NCBI GenBank assembly: GCA_964016885.1
Contig: OZ024740.1
Coordinates: forward strand, 161,076,001-161,140,000
Source of the DNA: Eledone cirrhosa
Lineage: Eukaryota
Direction: 5' to 3'
DNA: 64,000 bases
Position 1 is the stretch's first letter; the number at the start of each line of letters is the position of its first letter. Made by a program: the position numbers and the translations under genes. The notes beneath the pieces were generated by a model. It was given only the letters and a program-made list of their open reading frames with translations. It was not told the DNA's origin and did no database searches. Below, one piece after another: positions 13,502-30,327 of this stretch.

Positions 13502-13806
13502 ATTTAGGAGCAGTTTAGGTACGATACATTTTATTACTAATTATATCTAAATGTTTCTTCTCTCTTCATAGTGTAACTTTAACTCTGATACTGGTTCAGT
13601 CTAGTTCAACTGAATTGGTCTGTCCCGGTCATTCCTTGAGCAACATCGGTGAAGTTGGCACCCTTAACTCACAGTTGGGTGCGGATGCATTCATGTATAT
13701 ATGTGTGTGTGTCCGCATGTATCTGTGTGTTTCTAATTATATTGTTATATAAATATATATATATATATATATATAAATATATATATAAATAAATATAAAT
13801 ATATAA

Positions 13807-13915
<109 letters not shown>

Positions 13916-14154
13916 TATTTATATATATATATATATAAATATATATAAATAAATGTATATAAATAAATGTATATATATATATAAATATATTTATATATAT
14001 ATATATATATATATAAATATACATAAATAAATATATATATATATATATATAATTATTACATCTAGGAGAAAATAATATAATTGGAGGCTTAGTAAAATCG
14101 AATCTTTGGCGGTGTGCAAGCAAATTCAACCTACGTTATGAATGAGTTAGCAAA

Positions 14155-14316
<162 letters not shown>

Positions 14317-14443
14317 GTATATATAGATAGATAAATAATTCTGAATTTGTTTAGCAAGATTCTTTATCTGACATGACCCTCCCAAAGTATAACAATATAT
14401 ATATATATATATATATATAAAAATTTGCTTCGAACGAACTACC

Positions 14444-14534
14444 CGTGTCTGAAGGAACATGCAGCCGGAGAATCAGCCAGATCCATACAGGGACCATGTC
14501 TCGAGCTACCTGCCGGCGAAACAATTGTAACACG
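14444..14534 (+). ncRNA. Hammerhead-like motif with variant core (CUGAAGG) and a 62-nt helix II domain, within a 14420-14642 insert ending in a 19-bp hairpin
   Basis: cgtgt CTGAAGG aacatgca-gccgg...ccggc GAA ACAATTGT A acacg; hairpin arms at 14583-14601 and 14624-14642. Confidence 0.65.
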
Positions 14535-14963
14535 CAATAAATTAAGTCCAGATGAATAACTGATTTTTCGTTTTCTTTATACTATCTACACTCAACTCTG
14601 CTGAATATTGAGTGCTAATCTTGGCAGAGTTGAGTGTAGATATATATATATATATATATATATTTATACATATACATTTATTTATCTATCTATATATATA
14701 GATATATTTAATTATTTATATATATTTATGTATATATATAAATAATTAAATATATCTATATATATAGATAGATAAATAAATGTATATGAATAAATAAATA
14801 TATATATATATATTCATACATATACATTTATTTATCTATCTATATATATAGATATATTTAATTATTTATATATATTTATGTATATATATAAATTAATATA
14901 TATATATATAAATAATTAAATATATCTCTATATATAGATAGATAAATAAATGTATATGTATAA

Positions 14964-18538
<3,575 letters not shown>

Positions 18539-18748
18539 ACATTTATTTATACATATACATTTATTTATACATATATATATATATATATATATACATATAC
18601 AGTATTTTCCGTTGTGTTGTAATATAAATATTACACACAGTAGATTATCAGCTCACGTAGAGTTTGCTCGACGGTTCCAGTTGTAGTTCCAAAAGTAATC
18701 CGGAGAAAAATAGAAAGATTTGAATGGATACAGTTTAGTTGAAAGGAA

Positions 18749-18867
18749 TTTATTGACACGTGTTTCTATAACAGTTACATAACCTAAAACAGCTATCTAC
18801 AAACTTTTAGTTATGCAGACATTCAATATTTCAATGTTATTATTTACTGTCATTTCATCAGAATAAT
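18749..18867 (-). ncRNA. Type I hammerhead ribozyme with an 88-nt helix II domain
   Basis: Minus strand: ttatt CTGATGA a-atgacagt...ataac...tctgca...tgtaga...gttat...actgttat-a GAA ACACGTGT C aataa. Confidence 0.8.
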
Positions 18868-19435
18868 ATTACTGAGGACCTATTTAGTTTTTATAGAGAA
18901 TATTAGGAGGGAGGGGTGAAGTTGTTAGAAGAATAGTTGAAGGAGTGGTTTTTCGATAGCAGTGAGAATTCTTGGTGGCAGTGAGTAATTAGATTCCCAT
19001 CTGTTGTTTTGACATTTTTTATAGAATATATTATTGGTTATTTTTCTAAATCTATAGAAGGATTAGAGATAGTAAAGATATGCGTGGTTGGTTTTGTGTT
19101 TGCACTTAACATTCAGACTTAAATTTTTCTTTCAAGTGTACGTATTCTTTCACCCACGCATTCACACACAAATATATTTGCACACCTCTACAAAATACAT
19201 ATACTCACAATTCACATATTCATACTTACATATATATACACATGCATACACATATATATACACACATGTATTCATGTACATACATACGCGCTCATGTGTA
19301 TACATTTTCATACTCAACTTATCTTTATATATACACACGTATAGACACACACATATATACATACACACTCTAGTCCATGTGTACACACATACACATACAT
19401 ACACATCCATATACACATACATACATACACATATA

Positions 19436-19471
<36 letters not shown>

Positions 19472-19820
19472 CATATATATACATATACATATACATACAT
19501 ATACATATATACACATATATACATATACACACACACATATATATATATATAAGCACTTTAATACATGAATACACTTACATCTAACTATACACATCAAACA
19601 TATATATATATTTACTTATTTATATACATTTTCACATATATATACATACTTATGGACGTTTTTAGACACATTCATTATCGCATATTTGTACCTATTCTCA
19701 TCAGCATATCTTTTCATTATTAGTATGGTAATTTAAGGTTATTAATATATGTTGAGAAGAGATTGTTTTTATATTTTTCTAACTAGATTAAGGTTTATAT
19801 AGTTGGGGGATGTCCCTCTT

Positions 19821-21420
19821 TTATGTAATATTCTGCTTGTAGTGGGAAAAAAGGGTTTTAGTTCTGTGACGGCAGAATAATGTTCGTTCAATTCTGTTAT
19901 TCAGCAGTTTCTTCTTGTGTGTGATTATGTAATAAATCTCAAGATTACACAATTTGCAGAAATTTTGGCTCCTGGAAAAGCTTTGGGTTTTAGCTAATTT
20001 TTCCCATTTTAGGGTAAACTTTTGATTGCTATCCCTGAGCGTCCAAGCTTTTTCTGCTAAAGTTGTTACATTTCTTTGGCTCTGGTGTTTTATTGAGTAA
20101 GAATGCCTATACAATCGAGATTTAAACGATGTTGCCGTTGATCCCACGTAATACCACTCGTTGCCTCCGGATTTAATGGTACACTTATAAATAATATTTT
20201 TTTCCAGGCAGTTATTGCCGAGGGGGCAGTTGTCAGGATAGGTGCAGTTACAGTTGTGTACGTTGGGTTTTCTCTGGAGTAGTATTGCGGACGAACTTAG
20301 GTGTGGTTTATTTATGTTCTGTAGTGTATTGTCTACTGTTTTTTGGGGGTTCTTTGTACTTAAGTTCTTAGTGTTTTCGTTTAACCTTCTAGTATTGATC
20401 TTTTTTATGTGTTGTTCAAGGTTTAACGCTGTAGAGTATGACAGTCTTATAGTGGTAGGGTTTAGGATTTTGTGGTATTTGTGTGATGTGGGAAAATGTC
20501 TTTTAATTATTTTAAAGAAGAGTACTGGTAAATTTGTACTAATGGAGCTATTGTATTCGGGGTTATACCATAAGTACTCTTTGCATCGCTTTCTATTAGT
20601 TTTGTTTGTTGGTTTACTGGTGTGCATACTATGGTAGTAAGTGTGGTTTGGTGTTGTGTTATTATATCTACCTATGTGGGATTTATTTTGGGTGTTTTGA
20701 TTGTTCCCATCTATGTACTCTATTTTGTTGAGGTAGCCTGCTTTACTAAGGGCGTTATCGTAGTACTCGGCGTGTTCCTTAAATACTTGTATGTTAGAAG
20801 ATAGACCCGAGATTCTAAGGGAAATATTTTTAGGGATAGATTTAATTATAGAGATGGGGTGGTTAGACCCAACATTTACGTATTTGAGATTTTCATTCAA
20901 TTTATGAAACGGTTTAATCAAACCAGAGTTTAAATTGAGTGTGACATCCAGGAAGTTAACTACTTTAAGGTTGTATTCATATGTTATAGTTAGTCCTATT
21001 TCGAGTAGTAGTTTTCTTATATCTTTGCGTAGTTTTTCTAGTTTTTGGTTATTAAGGTTTTTAGCTAGGAGGAGAACATCGTCGCGGTATATTCCGCCGT
21101 GGAGATTGCTGAATTTTTCCTGGAGTCTAAAGGCGATAAATAACCCCACAATATCAGTTATTTCCGCCGAATCGTTAGAGCCCATTGTTATGTCAAAGTT
21201 AGAGGGTCTATCTTTACGTACCCAATAACTGTTCTCAAATTTGACTATAGTTTTCCTAGCTTCTAATATAATCTTAATTTCATCGTTTGTAAGGTCAGAG
21301 TTATCCTTAGCAAACTTAATGGCTCTATTCAAAGTTTCAGGTGATATCGATGAGTAATATTCATCGATATCAAACTGGATAAACTTAGATTTATTCTTAT
21401 TGCTAATGCTTATTGCTAAT
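19821..21420 (-). CDS. Naiad-type PLE RT + GIY-YIG endonuclease, open but 5'-truncated
   Basis: FIQFDIDEYYSSI, FDITMGSNDSAEITDIVG, GIYRDD, VNFLDVTLNL, SNHP, WYNP, CNC...CPLGNNC...IIYKC...YVGST, CKLCNLE, CRH. The first 36 or so residues of the tracked ORF come from a neighbouring insert and microsatellite. Confidence 0.92.
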
Positions 21421-21481
21421 ATATATATATATATGTATAAATAAATGTATATGTATAAATAAATGTTTTTTTTTGTTTTTT

Positions 21482-22083
21482 TTTCCTGGAGCTTAATTAT
21501 TGTAAAGGACTGAGAGCCTATTCTCAAAATATTATATAGTATATTGCTCCTTAAATGTTAGGGCTGATCTTTAATCCCGCATATATGGCTGTTATTTCTA
21601 GCACCGTTAATGCGGGACGGCTAGTTTGGTCTGGATATACACGTGTAGTCAGACTTGCAAAATTTTTTGGTGTGAGATGTACTAATTTCTACTGGATTCC
21701 AGAAGATTTGTATATTTCACTTTTTATTTCAATTCCATTTCGATTCTCTTTATTTTTTAAATTCACATACCACCGTTGCGAAACGGATTTAGGTTTCGAG
21801 GTTCAAATTCGTCTACAGAACAGGTTTGGATTTTGAAATTTAAATCTGTCCAGGAATCATGGCCTTTGCCAATATAAGCTTGTCTTTATTGACTTATATC
21901 GAGACAGACAAATTGTATTCACTTTAATTAGTTTATTTCATTAATAGCTAACTTTGTCTGTTGCAATGCAAACACGTTTTGTGTTTATCATATATTTTAA
22001 TGTATTTAACTGCTCGGAAATGCCCCTTTCCTGGAGCTTAATTATTGTAAAGGACTGAGAGCCTATTCTCAAAATATTATATA

Positions 22084-22089
<6 letters not shown>
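21482..22089. mobile_element. Non-coding insert with about 62-bp direct terminal repeats (545-bp period)
   Basis: tttcctggagcttaattattgtaaaggactgagagcctattctcaaaatattatatagtata occurs at 21482 and 22027. Confidence 0.7.
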
Positions 22090-22129
<40 letters not shown>

Positions 22130-22172
22130 GTATATGTATAAATAAATGTATATGTATAAATAAATGTATATG

Positions 22173-22221
<49 letters not shown>

Positions 22222-22343
22222 CTTTATACATATACATTTATTTATCTATCTATATATAGAGATATATTTAATTATTTATATATATACATAAATATATATA
22301 AATAATTAAATATATCTATTATATATAGATAGATAAATAAATG

Positions 22344-22380
<37 letters not shown>

Positions 22381-22766
22381 TTATACATATACATTTATTT
22401 ATCTATCTATATATATAGATATATTTAATTATTTATATATATACATAAATATATATATTAATTTATATATATACATAAATATATATAAATAATTAAATAT
22501 ATCTATATATATAGATAGATAAATAAATGTATATCTATGAATATATATATATATTTCGTTTCTGAATTTGTTTAGAAAGATTCTTTATCTGAAATCGTGT
22601 GTTGAAACCGATATTGTTATACTTTGGGAGGGTCATGTTGCCAATAAGAAACACACGCACCAGTTGCTTTCACTTCAATTTATTATAATAAATTTATAAT
22701 AAATATATAAATTTATAAATTTCTGGTTGGTTGGTTGGTTCCACAACCAGATAGTTGTTTATATAT

Positions 22767-22811
22767 AGTCATAGTTCTTTCGTCACACACTATGTGACCT
22801 CTTCAGTGACT
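22767..22811 (-). ncRNA. Minimal type I hammerhead ribozyme in the pLTR
   Basis: Minus strand: agtca CTGAAGA g gtcaca-tagtg-tgtgac GAAAG-AA-CTA tgact. Confidence 0.8.
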
Positions 22812-23000
22812 GGGGATTCCTTTCTTTGTTTCTGTGCCTCTCCTGTGTTCTCTCCTACGCCATTTTGTTTCTGTGTGTGTGTTGTGTGCTCAGTCTGCGC
22901 ATGCGCCACATCCGGGTGTCTGTGTGTGTTTATGTTCATTTATTTGTTTGTTTATTTACATGTTACTGGTTGGTTGTTTGTTCTATGTGTGTGTGTGTTT

Positions 23001-23400
23001 TCATTTTGTCCTTAATTGTAAGTTGCTGTTCCATTCATATTTTCTATTTAACTTTGGTTGTAATTCTTTTATGTTTATTGCCTCTGTAATTTGTCTAAAC
23101 ATTGCGTCTTTTCTGTGTGTAGATTCTATTTTTATTTCTATGTTCTCTAATTTACCCTTGTGTTCTATTTTAGCATGTTGGTAGAGTACAGATGATTCTT
23201 TACTATCTTGAAGGTCTCGCCAGTGTTCATTTATCCGTTCCCCTACACTACGAGCTGTCTCACCTATGTACACTATATTTTTGTCTCTACATTCTCCTTC
23301 AGTACATCTTATGCTATACACTACATTTCTAGTTTTACAGTTAATATGGGGCTTATTTTACAGGTTATACATTTCTTATCTAAACATGAGGGTCTTTGAA
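23001..23400 (-). CDS. PLE GIY-YIG endonuclease domain (5'-truncated, frameshift near 23355)
   Basis: CLDKKCITCK...NCKTRNVVYSIRC...YIGETARSVGERINEH...RQITEAINI...LNRKYEW. Confidence 0.9.
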
Positions 23401-23603
23401 AAGGGTATGTCTTGCTAATAAGTCACTGAATAGGTTACAGAGTGTGTGACGAAAGAACTATGACTATATATAAACAACTATCTGGTTGTGGAACCTAACC
23501 AACCAACCAGAAATTTATAAATTTATAAATTTATTATAATAAATTGAAGTGAAAGCAACTGGTGCGTGTGTTTCTTATTGGCAACATGACCCTCCCAAAG
23601 TAT

Positions 23604-23701
<98 letters not shown>

Positions 23702-23709
23702 TAAATATA

Positions 23710-26700
23710 CACGGGTGTGTATGATTGTGTATAGAAGATTATATTAATAAAAGGAATTCCAACTTTGTCTGATTTACTCGTTTTATTTACAATCCTTTAA
23801 AATTATAATGGTATTAGAATGAAATAGTATGGTGGAATATTAAATGTTAAGTGTTAATTGAACAAGTACTTTCATGCTTTCGCAATCTTCAGGTTCACAT
23901 TCTGTGGTGACAGTCATGTTTGCAATTTGCAACTGTAATGAGATGGGTAAATTTTGTGCCTTATATACAGTGAAAAGTGGCTACAGAATGCTTATTTTGA
24001 AAACTGTATTTCGACCAATCGGTGTGTAGTTTTACTCGATTACTAAAGCTGATTGGTTTAGGCGTTACGGTTGGTTGAGCATGTCTATCGACTTCTATTT
24101 TACCCTATCCAAAGTATCAATTGTTTTACTATTTTTAGAAATGATGAAAATAGCATTTTCTAGTAATCATCATCATCAACGTCACTTTTATTATTTATTA
24201 TTGTTCATTTAGCTTGGGTTGGAATTTATCAATAAAATTGTTTTCTTTGATTTTTCTCTTGATTTCACTTGGGCTGTGTAATTTGTAGAATGGAAATATT
24301 ATAAATATTTTCTGACCACATGTTGCTAGATGGTTACTCAAGGCTATCTGACGGAAATTTGGGTCTCTGATTTACTGTCAGTGCACCCGTGCACGTTCCG
24401 ATAGTGCATTTCCTGTTTGACCGACATATAGTTCTTCACAATTCGGGCATTTAATGCAGTAAATTAGATTTCTGCATTTGCAGTTCATATTTGCATTTGC
24501 GAAAATTTTTCAACTTTTTGTGCTCATATATTGACCGGTGTGTATGGATTGACATGTGCCACATCGACTATTATTGCATTTAGATACAGTGAATGATTGG
24601 TGTTTGCTGTTAAGGTCAAACTTTGCTTTTGTTAGTAATTGCTTCAAATTTTTCGGCTGTCTTTTACTAAGAGTCAAAGATGGGTCTGTGATTAAGCCTT
24701 TTAATTCATTAATTTGAACAATGAACGGTAGGTTTGCTTTGGCAGTGTTGAAGATATTCTGGTGACATGGGATGTGTGTCATTATAAATAGTATGACCAG
24801 TTCTTGGTTTCTTCTTCCTTGGGTTGTCCTAAGTTGTTGTATAGGTATTTTTATAGCCCGCTGTATGCCATTTTCTATAAGTAGAGATGGGTATTTTTGT
24901 TTGAGCAAAAATTCTCTAAGTTCTGTTAGGCGTTTATACCTGGTATTCGTATCTTCTACAATGGTACAAATTCTTATGGCTAAGCAGTATGGGATGTTGC
25001 GTTTTGTATGAGGTGGTTGGCACGACTTAAAATTCATACATTGATGGGTGTCTGTGTGTTTATAATATATATCCGTGGTAATGGTGATGTCGTTTTTGAT
25101 TACCATTATATCTAGGAATGGTAATTTGGTACTACTCATCTCTTTTGTGAATTGGAGAGATGGGTGTAGGTTATTCAGGAGGATATTGAACTCATCCAGA
25201 GTATCTAGAGATTTTGTCCAGATGATGGAACAGTCGTCAAGGTATCTCTTCCAAGATTTTTCAATGTACTTTCTAAAGTCAGTGCTATATTTACTTTTCC
25301 TTTATTTCTTGGTAGAGTTGTTGTTCTAAGTATCCCATTATAGAGTTCGCGTAAACGGGAGCAAAGTTCGTTCCCATCGCTGTGCCTCTAATTTGGGTGG
25401 AATTCTTTCCATTGAAGAAGAAAGTGTTGTTTTCCAGAATAAGTTTCACTGCGTCTAATATAAATGGTGCTGTGAATCTGGTGGGAATCACTTCTCTATG
25501 TTTTTCCACCCAGTATTTAACCGCCTTTATTCCTAAATCATGTGTAATGTTGGTGTAAAGGCTTACTACATCAAAATTAAGTAGAAGTGAATTCGTTTCC
25601 GTGGTTTGGGGAAGATGGGACAGGAAGTCGAAATCATCCCGGATGAAACTGGGTATGTGAATACATAGTAGTTTCAAAATAATGTCAACAAAATTGCTTA
25701 GACGTTGGGTAGGGCATGTTGCACCAGCTATAATAGGTCTAAGTATTTTGGGTGTAGTAATTTAATGTTCTCACTGTTTTGTTCTTTTACTGCCAGTTGG
25801 ATTTCTTTTGACTTATGAACTTTCGGTAGGCCATACAGGTTGCTGGGTTTTGGCTCAAATTGGTGATGTAGTCTCTTTCCTTATCAGTAAGTGAGTTATG
25901 GTATTTTGAAGCCAGGTTGTTGATCTTCTTCATGATGTTGTGGTCTGTATTTGACCGTATTTCATGATAGAATGTTGTGTCTTTCAGTTGTTCCTCAACC
26001 AAATCTTTGTCGTATTCAGCATCCATTATAACAACTGCACCCCCTTTATCTGCTTGTTTAATTATTATTGTTTTATCATTTTGTATACGTTTAAGTGCAG
26101 ACATTTCTGATTTGTTAATGTTTGGCCTAACATTAGTATTACTTCTAAGAGGAAATTTAGACAGGATGTCAATGTATTGGTCGAGATAGATATTTCTTCC
26201 CTTTGGTGGAGTGAAATTTGATTTATTTTTTACTAGTGATTCATCACTCTCATTACTTTTATCAGCGAAGAATTCTACAAGTCGTAGTTTTCGACAGAAT
26301 TCTTGGGTATCCTCCTTCAGTTCTTGGTGTTTGACTGTTGGAGTCGGTGTGAATTTCAGTCCTTTTGACAGAATTTGCATTTCATCATTATCAATATCTC
26401 TTTTGGATAAATTAATTATTTTAGGATCTACGTGTACAGTTGTTTTGGGTATGTTTCCTCCTGGAGTTTTTCTTTTTCCGGTTTTTTGTTGTCCTGACTT
26501 TAAAAAATGGATTTTTTTCTGTTCAGGATTTATATTCCTGTTGGTGTTCGCTTGATGAACTTTTGGTTGTGATATTATATTTGGTTTCGTTTTGTTTTTT
26601 GTCCTATTTTTGGTATTATGTATATTATTTTTCCATTTCTTGTTAGCATTATTTTTAACAATCTGGGGAAACGACCTAGGTTTGCTTTCAGGTTTAGATC

Positions 26701-26745
26701 GTTTTTTCGGCCAGTTTCTTGTGGGTAATCGGTGTTGAGATCTTG

Positions 26746-26748
<3 letters not shown>
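23710..26748 (-). mobile_element. Neptune-type Penelope-like element, 5'-truncated, with a frameshifted RT + GIY-YIG ORF (about 24210-26748)
   Basis: IINLS...LSKGLKFTPTP, ADKGGAVVIM, FDVVSLYTNI, GTAMGTNFAPVYAN, RYLDDC, LPFLDI, CNNSRCGTC, NLIYCIKCPNC...YVGQTG, spread over several frames. Confidence 0.92.
23859..23897 (-). ncRNA. Minimal type I hammerhead ribozyme in the Neptune 3' pLTR
   Basis: Minus strand: tgaac CTGAAGA t-tgc-gaaa-gca-t GAA AGTACT T gttca; palindromic helix III. Confidence 0.85.
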
Positions 26749-26809
<61 letters not shown>

Positions 26810-26815
<6 letters not shown>

Positions 26816-27292
26816 ATACTTTGGGAGGGCCATGTTGCCAATAAGAAACCCACGCACCAGTTGCTTTCACTCCAATTTAATATAAATTAAATTATAAATT
26901 TAAAAATTTATAAATTTCCGGTTGGTTGGTTGGTTCCACAACCGGACGGTTGTTCATATATTGTCAAACTTCTTTCGTCACACATTCTGTGACCTCAGCA
27001 GTGACCGGGGATTCTTTTCTTTGTTTTGTGCCTCTCCTTTGTTCTGTCCTACGCCAGAATGTGTGACGAAAGAACTTTGACAATATATATGAACATCCGT
27101 CCGGTTGTGGAACCAACCAACCAACCGGAAATTTATAAAAAATTTTAAATTTATAATTTAATTTATATTAAATTGGAGTGAAAGCAACTGGTGCGTGTGT
27201 TTCTTATTGGCAACATGACCCTCCCAAAGTATAACAATATCGGTTTCAACACACCTTTTCAGAAAAAGAATCTTGCTAAACAAATTCAGAAA

Positions 27293-27295
<3 letters not shown>
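26810..27295. mobile_element. Inverted pLTR pair (family of 22556) with a decayed hammerhead
   Basis: 26810-26988 is the reverse complement of about 27056-27240; the core is mutated to CTGCTGA. Confidence 0.85.
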
Positions 27296-27333
<38 letters not shown>

Positions 27334-27979
27334 TATATAATATCAAACCACCTCCCACAATCACCTAAAGGCAATGTTCTCTTCCCTATCCCCTGCTCCC
27401 ACTTCATTCCACCTTCACCTTTCCTTTCCACTCACTAAATCTAATAATATACCAAGGTTCTACTAGACTAGATTGCTGATTGTCTCTAGTAAATTTGATT
27501 CCTTCAGTTTACTCTCTCTCTCCCTCTCATCCTATCCACTCTATCCATCATTCACCTTCTGCTACACCCCATTCCTTGTTCGTGATACAGTTCAATAGAT
27601 GCGTGCTTTTTCCTCCTGAAATTGTTTCATTTACAAATTCTAACAATAGACAGCTAATTGTTCCACTTGACTTTCACACGCACGCAGGCATGTACACTCA
27701 GGCATACACATAGGAATATGTGCATGTGGTGTTTGTGTGAGTGTGAAAGTTGTAGTTGTATTTCACACACACATTCCCTTTCACTCAAACTAATGCATAC
27801 ACAAATATATATATTAAAAAAAGAAAAAAATTCAGACATTCATAAAGAAGTATAGATATCTATATATAATAGTGTTATCTATACAAACATGGAGGAGCAT
27901 GTAAATATATCTGCATACACATTAGTACACATATACCCAAATGTACACACATCTACGCCTTTACGCAAAATAAACTATA

Positions 27980-28032
<53 letters not shown>

Positions 28033-28126
28033 ATTATTTTCATAATTCCGCATGAGGTGAACTAGCCTGATTTTAAATTACCTTTTTGGCATATTTGGAC
28101 AGTGGGACCTTTGGTTATTGCGTTGA

Positions 28127-28207
28127 GCTCTACTGAGGAACGACTCCAACCGTGACTAATCCCAGTGAAAGGTTTCGTGAAATAGTCTTTTTAAGACTAT
28201 ATAGAGC
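28127..28207 (+). ncRNA. Type I hammerhead ribozyme with full helices, in an approximately 365-bp (TA)n-flanked insert (28030-28395)
   Basis: gctcta CTGAGGA acga...tcgt GAA ATAGTCTT-ttt-AAGACTAT A tagagc: 6-bp helix I, 8-bp helix III, AUA cleavage. Confidence 0.9.
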
Positions 28208-28392
28208 ATTTGTAGTTTTCCCAAATTGAAGGATGAGTATTTAAACTTTATTTTATTCTGAGTTAAGACTCTATTGTTTTTTCCCTAGATTTCACAAAAC
28301 CTTACGTTAATTATTTTCCATTTTGACGTTATAGTCATTTATATATTATGAAATACTGTTGGCTTGTTGGTCACATTAATTTCTCTATTTTC

Positions 28393-28523
<131 letters not shown>

Positions 28524-28615
28524 CAATTATATATATGTATATATAAGTATATATATAATTATATATATATGTATATATATATGTATATATATATATGTAT
28601 ATATATATGTATATA

Positions 28616-28663
<48 letters not shown>

Positions 28664-28948
28664 TATATACATATATATATAGATACTAGCAAATGAACCC
28701 CGTCCATTGAACGGTGTCAGTTCTTGGTAGGGCTGCAATGTTAATGCTCAATTTCCGTGTTGTATGTTTAACTTGGAGGATAATTTTACCTGATCAACTC
28801 TTTCAATAAAATAAAAATGAGACGGTATTCAAAAAGAGCAAGTTTTATTTACAGATGTGTGTCATTAAAATGTGAACATAGAGAAATGTATCGTTAGCCG
28901 TGTCGGTTGAACAATGTAATATTTTTTATTAATAACCGAAAGACAAAC

Positions 28949-30320
28949 AGTAAATGAGACTGGATGTCAAACCATTTTGGATTGCATGTAAATGTGATAA
29001 AAAGATCAGGACGGCCACAATGGTGGACATAGGTCAGAGCATCCTGCATTTTTTCATGCATGTAACGGGGGCCTCCAGTGTATGATGATGGGAGAATGAC
29101 AGAAAGCCCAACATCCGAAGCATTAGCCTGATCATTTCGGCTTACTTCGTCACGTAGATGCCGTATTCTTCTGAACGCAGTCCCTTTTGATGATGTTTTA
29201 TCCATTGGAGGCGTTCAGTGTCAATCTTAGCAAATATGTCTACACAGTATTGATTGAGGAGCATCCGTGTTCTATGCAGAATGTTGACGTCGTTTTTGCG
29301 AAACATAAGTCTAAATGCATAAAATTCCAATTGTGAAATGGTTTTCCCTGGTGTAAGATGCATTAAACTTACAGGATTACACTTCTGCAAATCAATGCGG
29401 TAGCCATCGTCGCCAAAGGGGAACAGCAATGGATACTGGAGAGCATCATATGCGGGATGAAGTTCATTTATTTTTTGAAGATGCGAGTCCTGCCATTCAA
29501 TAACAATATCACGGTTTGAAGCGCTCTCATTAGGACGTGTTATAATCACCGCAACTTCATCGGTTTGGGGTCTATTAAAGCAACCCTGATGCTGCCCTGG
29601 TGGAGCGCGGTCATTTCGAATGACAACCTTGTATTGATTGTTGTTAGCATCTCTACGTTGTAAAGCAGTTTTGAAAATGGTGATGTACGGGTTTATGGAA
29701 TGAAGCATATATTGAAGGGGCTGCAGAAGAGAAGGTGTCGTTCCTTTAGCAACTGAAGCCCTTCGTGCAATTTCTTCAGGTCCGTTGCCCATAAAGTAGA
29801 TCTGGAGAAAACTGTGTTCGTTGCCATCTTGTGGAATAAGTGATCCTATTTGATGGTAAATTTGGCTTTGCACTTTAAATGTGGGCATATAATTCCCATC
29901 TTTTTATTGTCGTATGACCAAAGCTTGTCATTTGGAAAGCCGAATTGTAGGCTCTTATATTTCTGAAAAAGTGTTTAGAATCAGGGTGGTCTCCAAGCAG
30001 CAGAGAATTCAAAGGTTCGGCACCGACTTGTAAATAAGGCAATGTAACCGTTCCACTGGAGCAACATATACCGGTAGATTCAGCTGGCCACCTCATTGCA
30101 TTACAATGGACGCAAACAGTTGACATACTACCAATGATGATATGTGGATGGATGCGTAGTCCTCTTGGGGGTTGTATTGAAAATCTTTCTTAGACCAGTA
30201 ACAGGAAGAATCCCTCGGAAAGACATAAGTACGAATTTTCCGTTGAGAATCAGCCGCAAGCCTTGTTGCCCTTTGGTCAACAGTCTCTAAAGCACGGCTA
30301 TTGGAAGTAGAAGCAGCATT
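28949..30320 (-). pseudogene. Duplicated partial copy of the Helitron Rep N-terminal region
   Basis: Near-identical to about 33260-34625, with additional frameshifts (ORFs 29875..30126, 29142..29888, 28894..29205). Confidence 0.95.
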
Positions 30321-30327
30321 GGATAAA

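Larger units (their letters stand above)
12594..13747 (+). mobile_element. Non-autonomous PLE/retrozyme-like element: 597-bp tandem period plus an inverted 5' arm
   Basis: 12919-13150 repeats at 13516-13747; 12594-12918 is the reverse complement of about 13250-13574; (TA)n flanks. Confidence 0.85.
18600..21420 (-). mobile_element. Naiad-type Penelope-like element, 5'-truncated, with about 1.2 kb of 3' region
   Basis: Naiad-like RT/EN ORF followed by a microsatellite-containing 3' region and a hammerhead; bounded by (TA)n. Confidence 0.85.
22556..23590 (-). mobile_element. PLE 3' end (GIY-YIG + pLTR) with an inverted pLTR arm at 23421-23590
   Basis: 23421-23590 is the reverse complement of about 22613-22811; the same pLTR family occurs at 14335-14396, 26810-27295 and 40727-41337. 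Confidence 0.9.

Noticed and set aside
21421-21527. N-termini of tracked ORFs 19821..21527 and 25787..26857 as real protein starts
   Set aside because: They run through TA tracts into unrelated neighbouring inserts; both PLEs are 5'-truncated.
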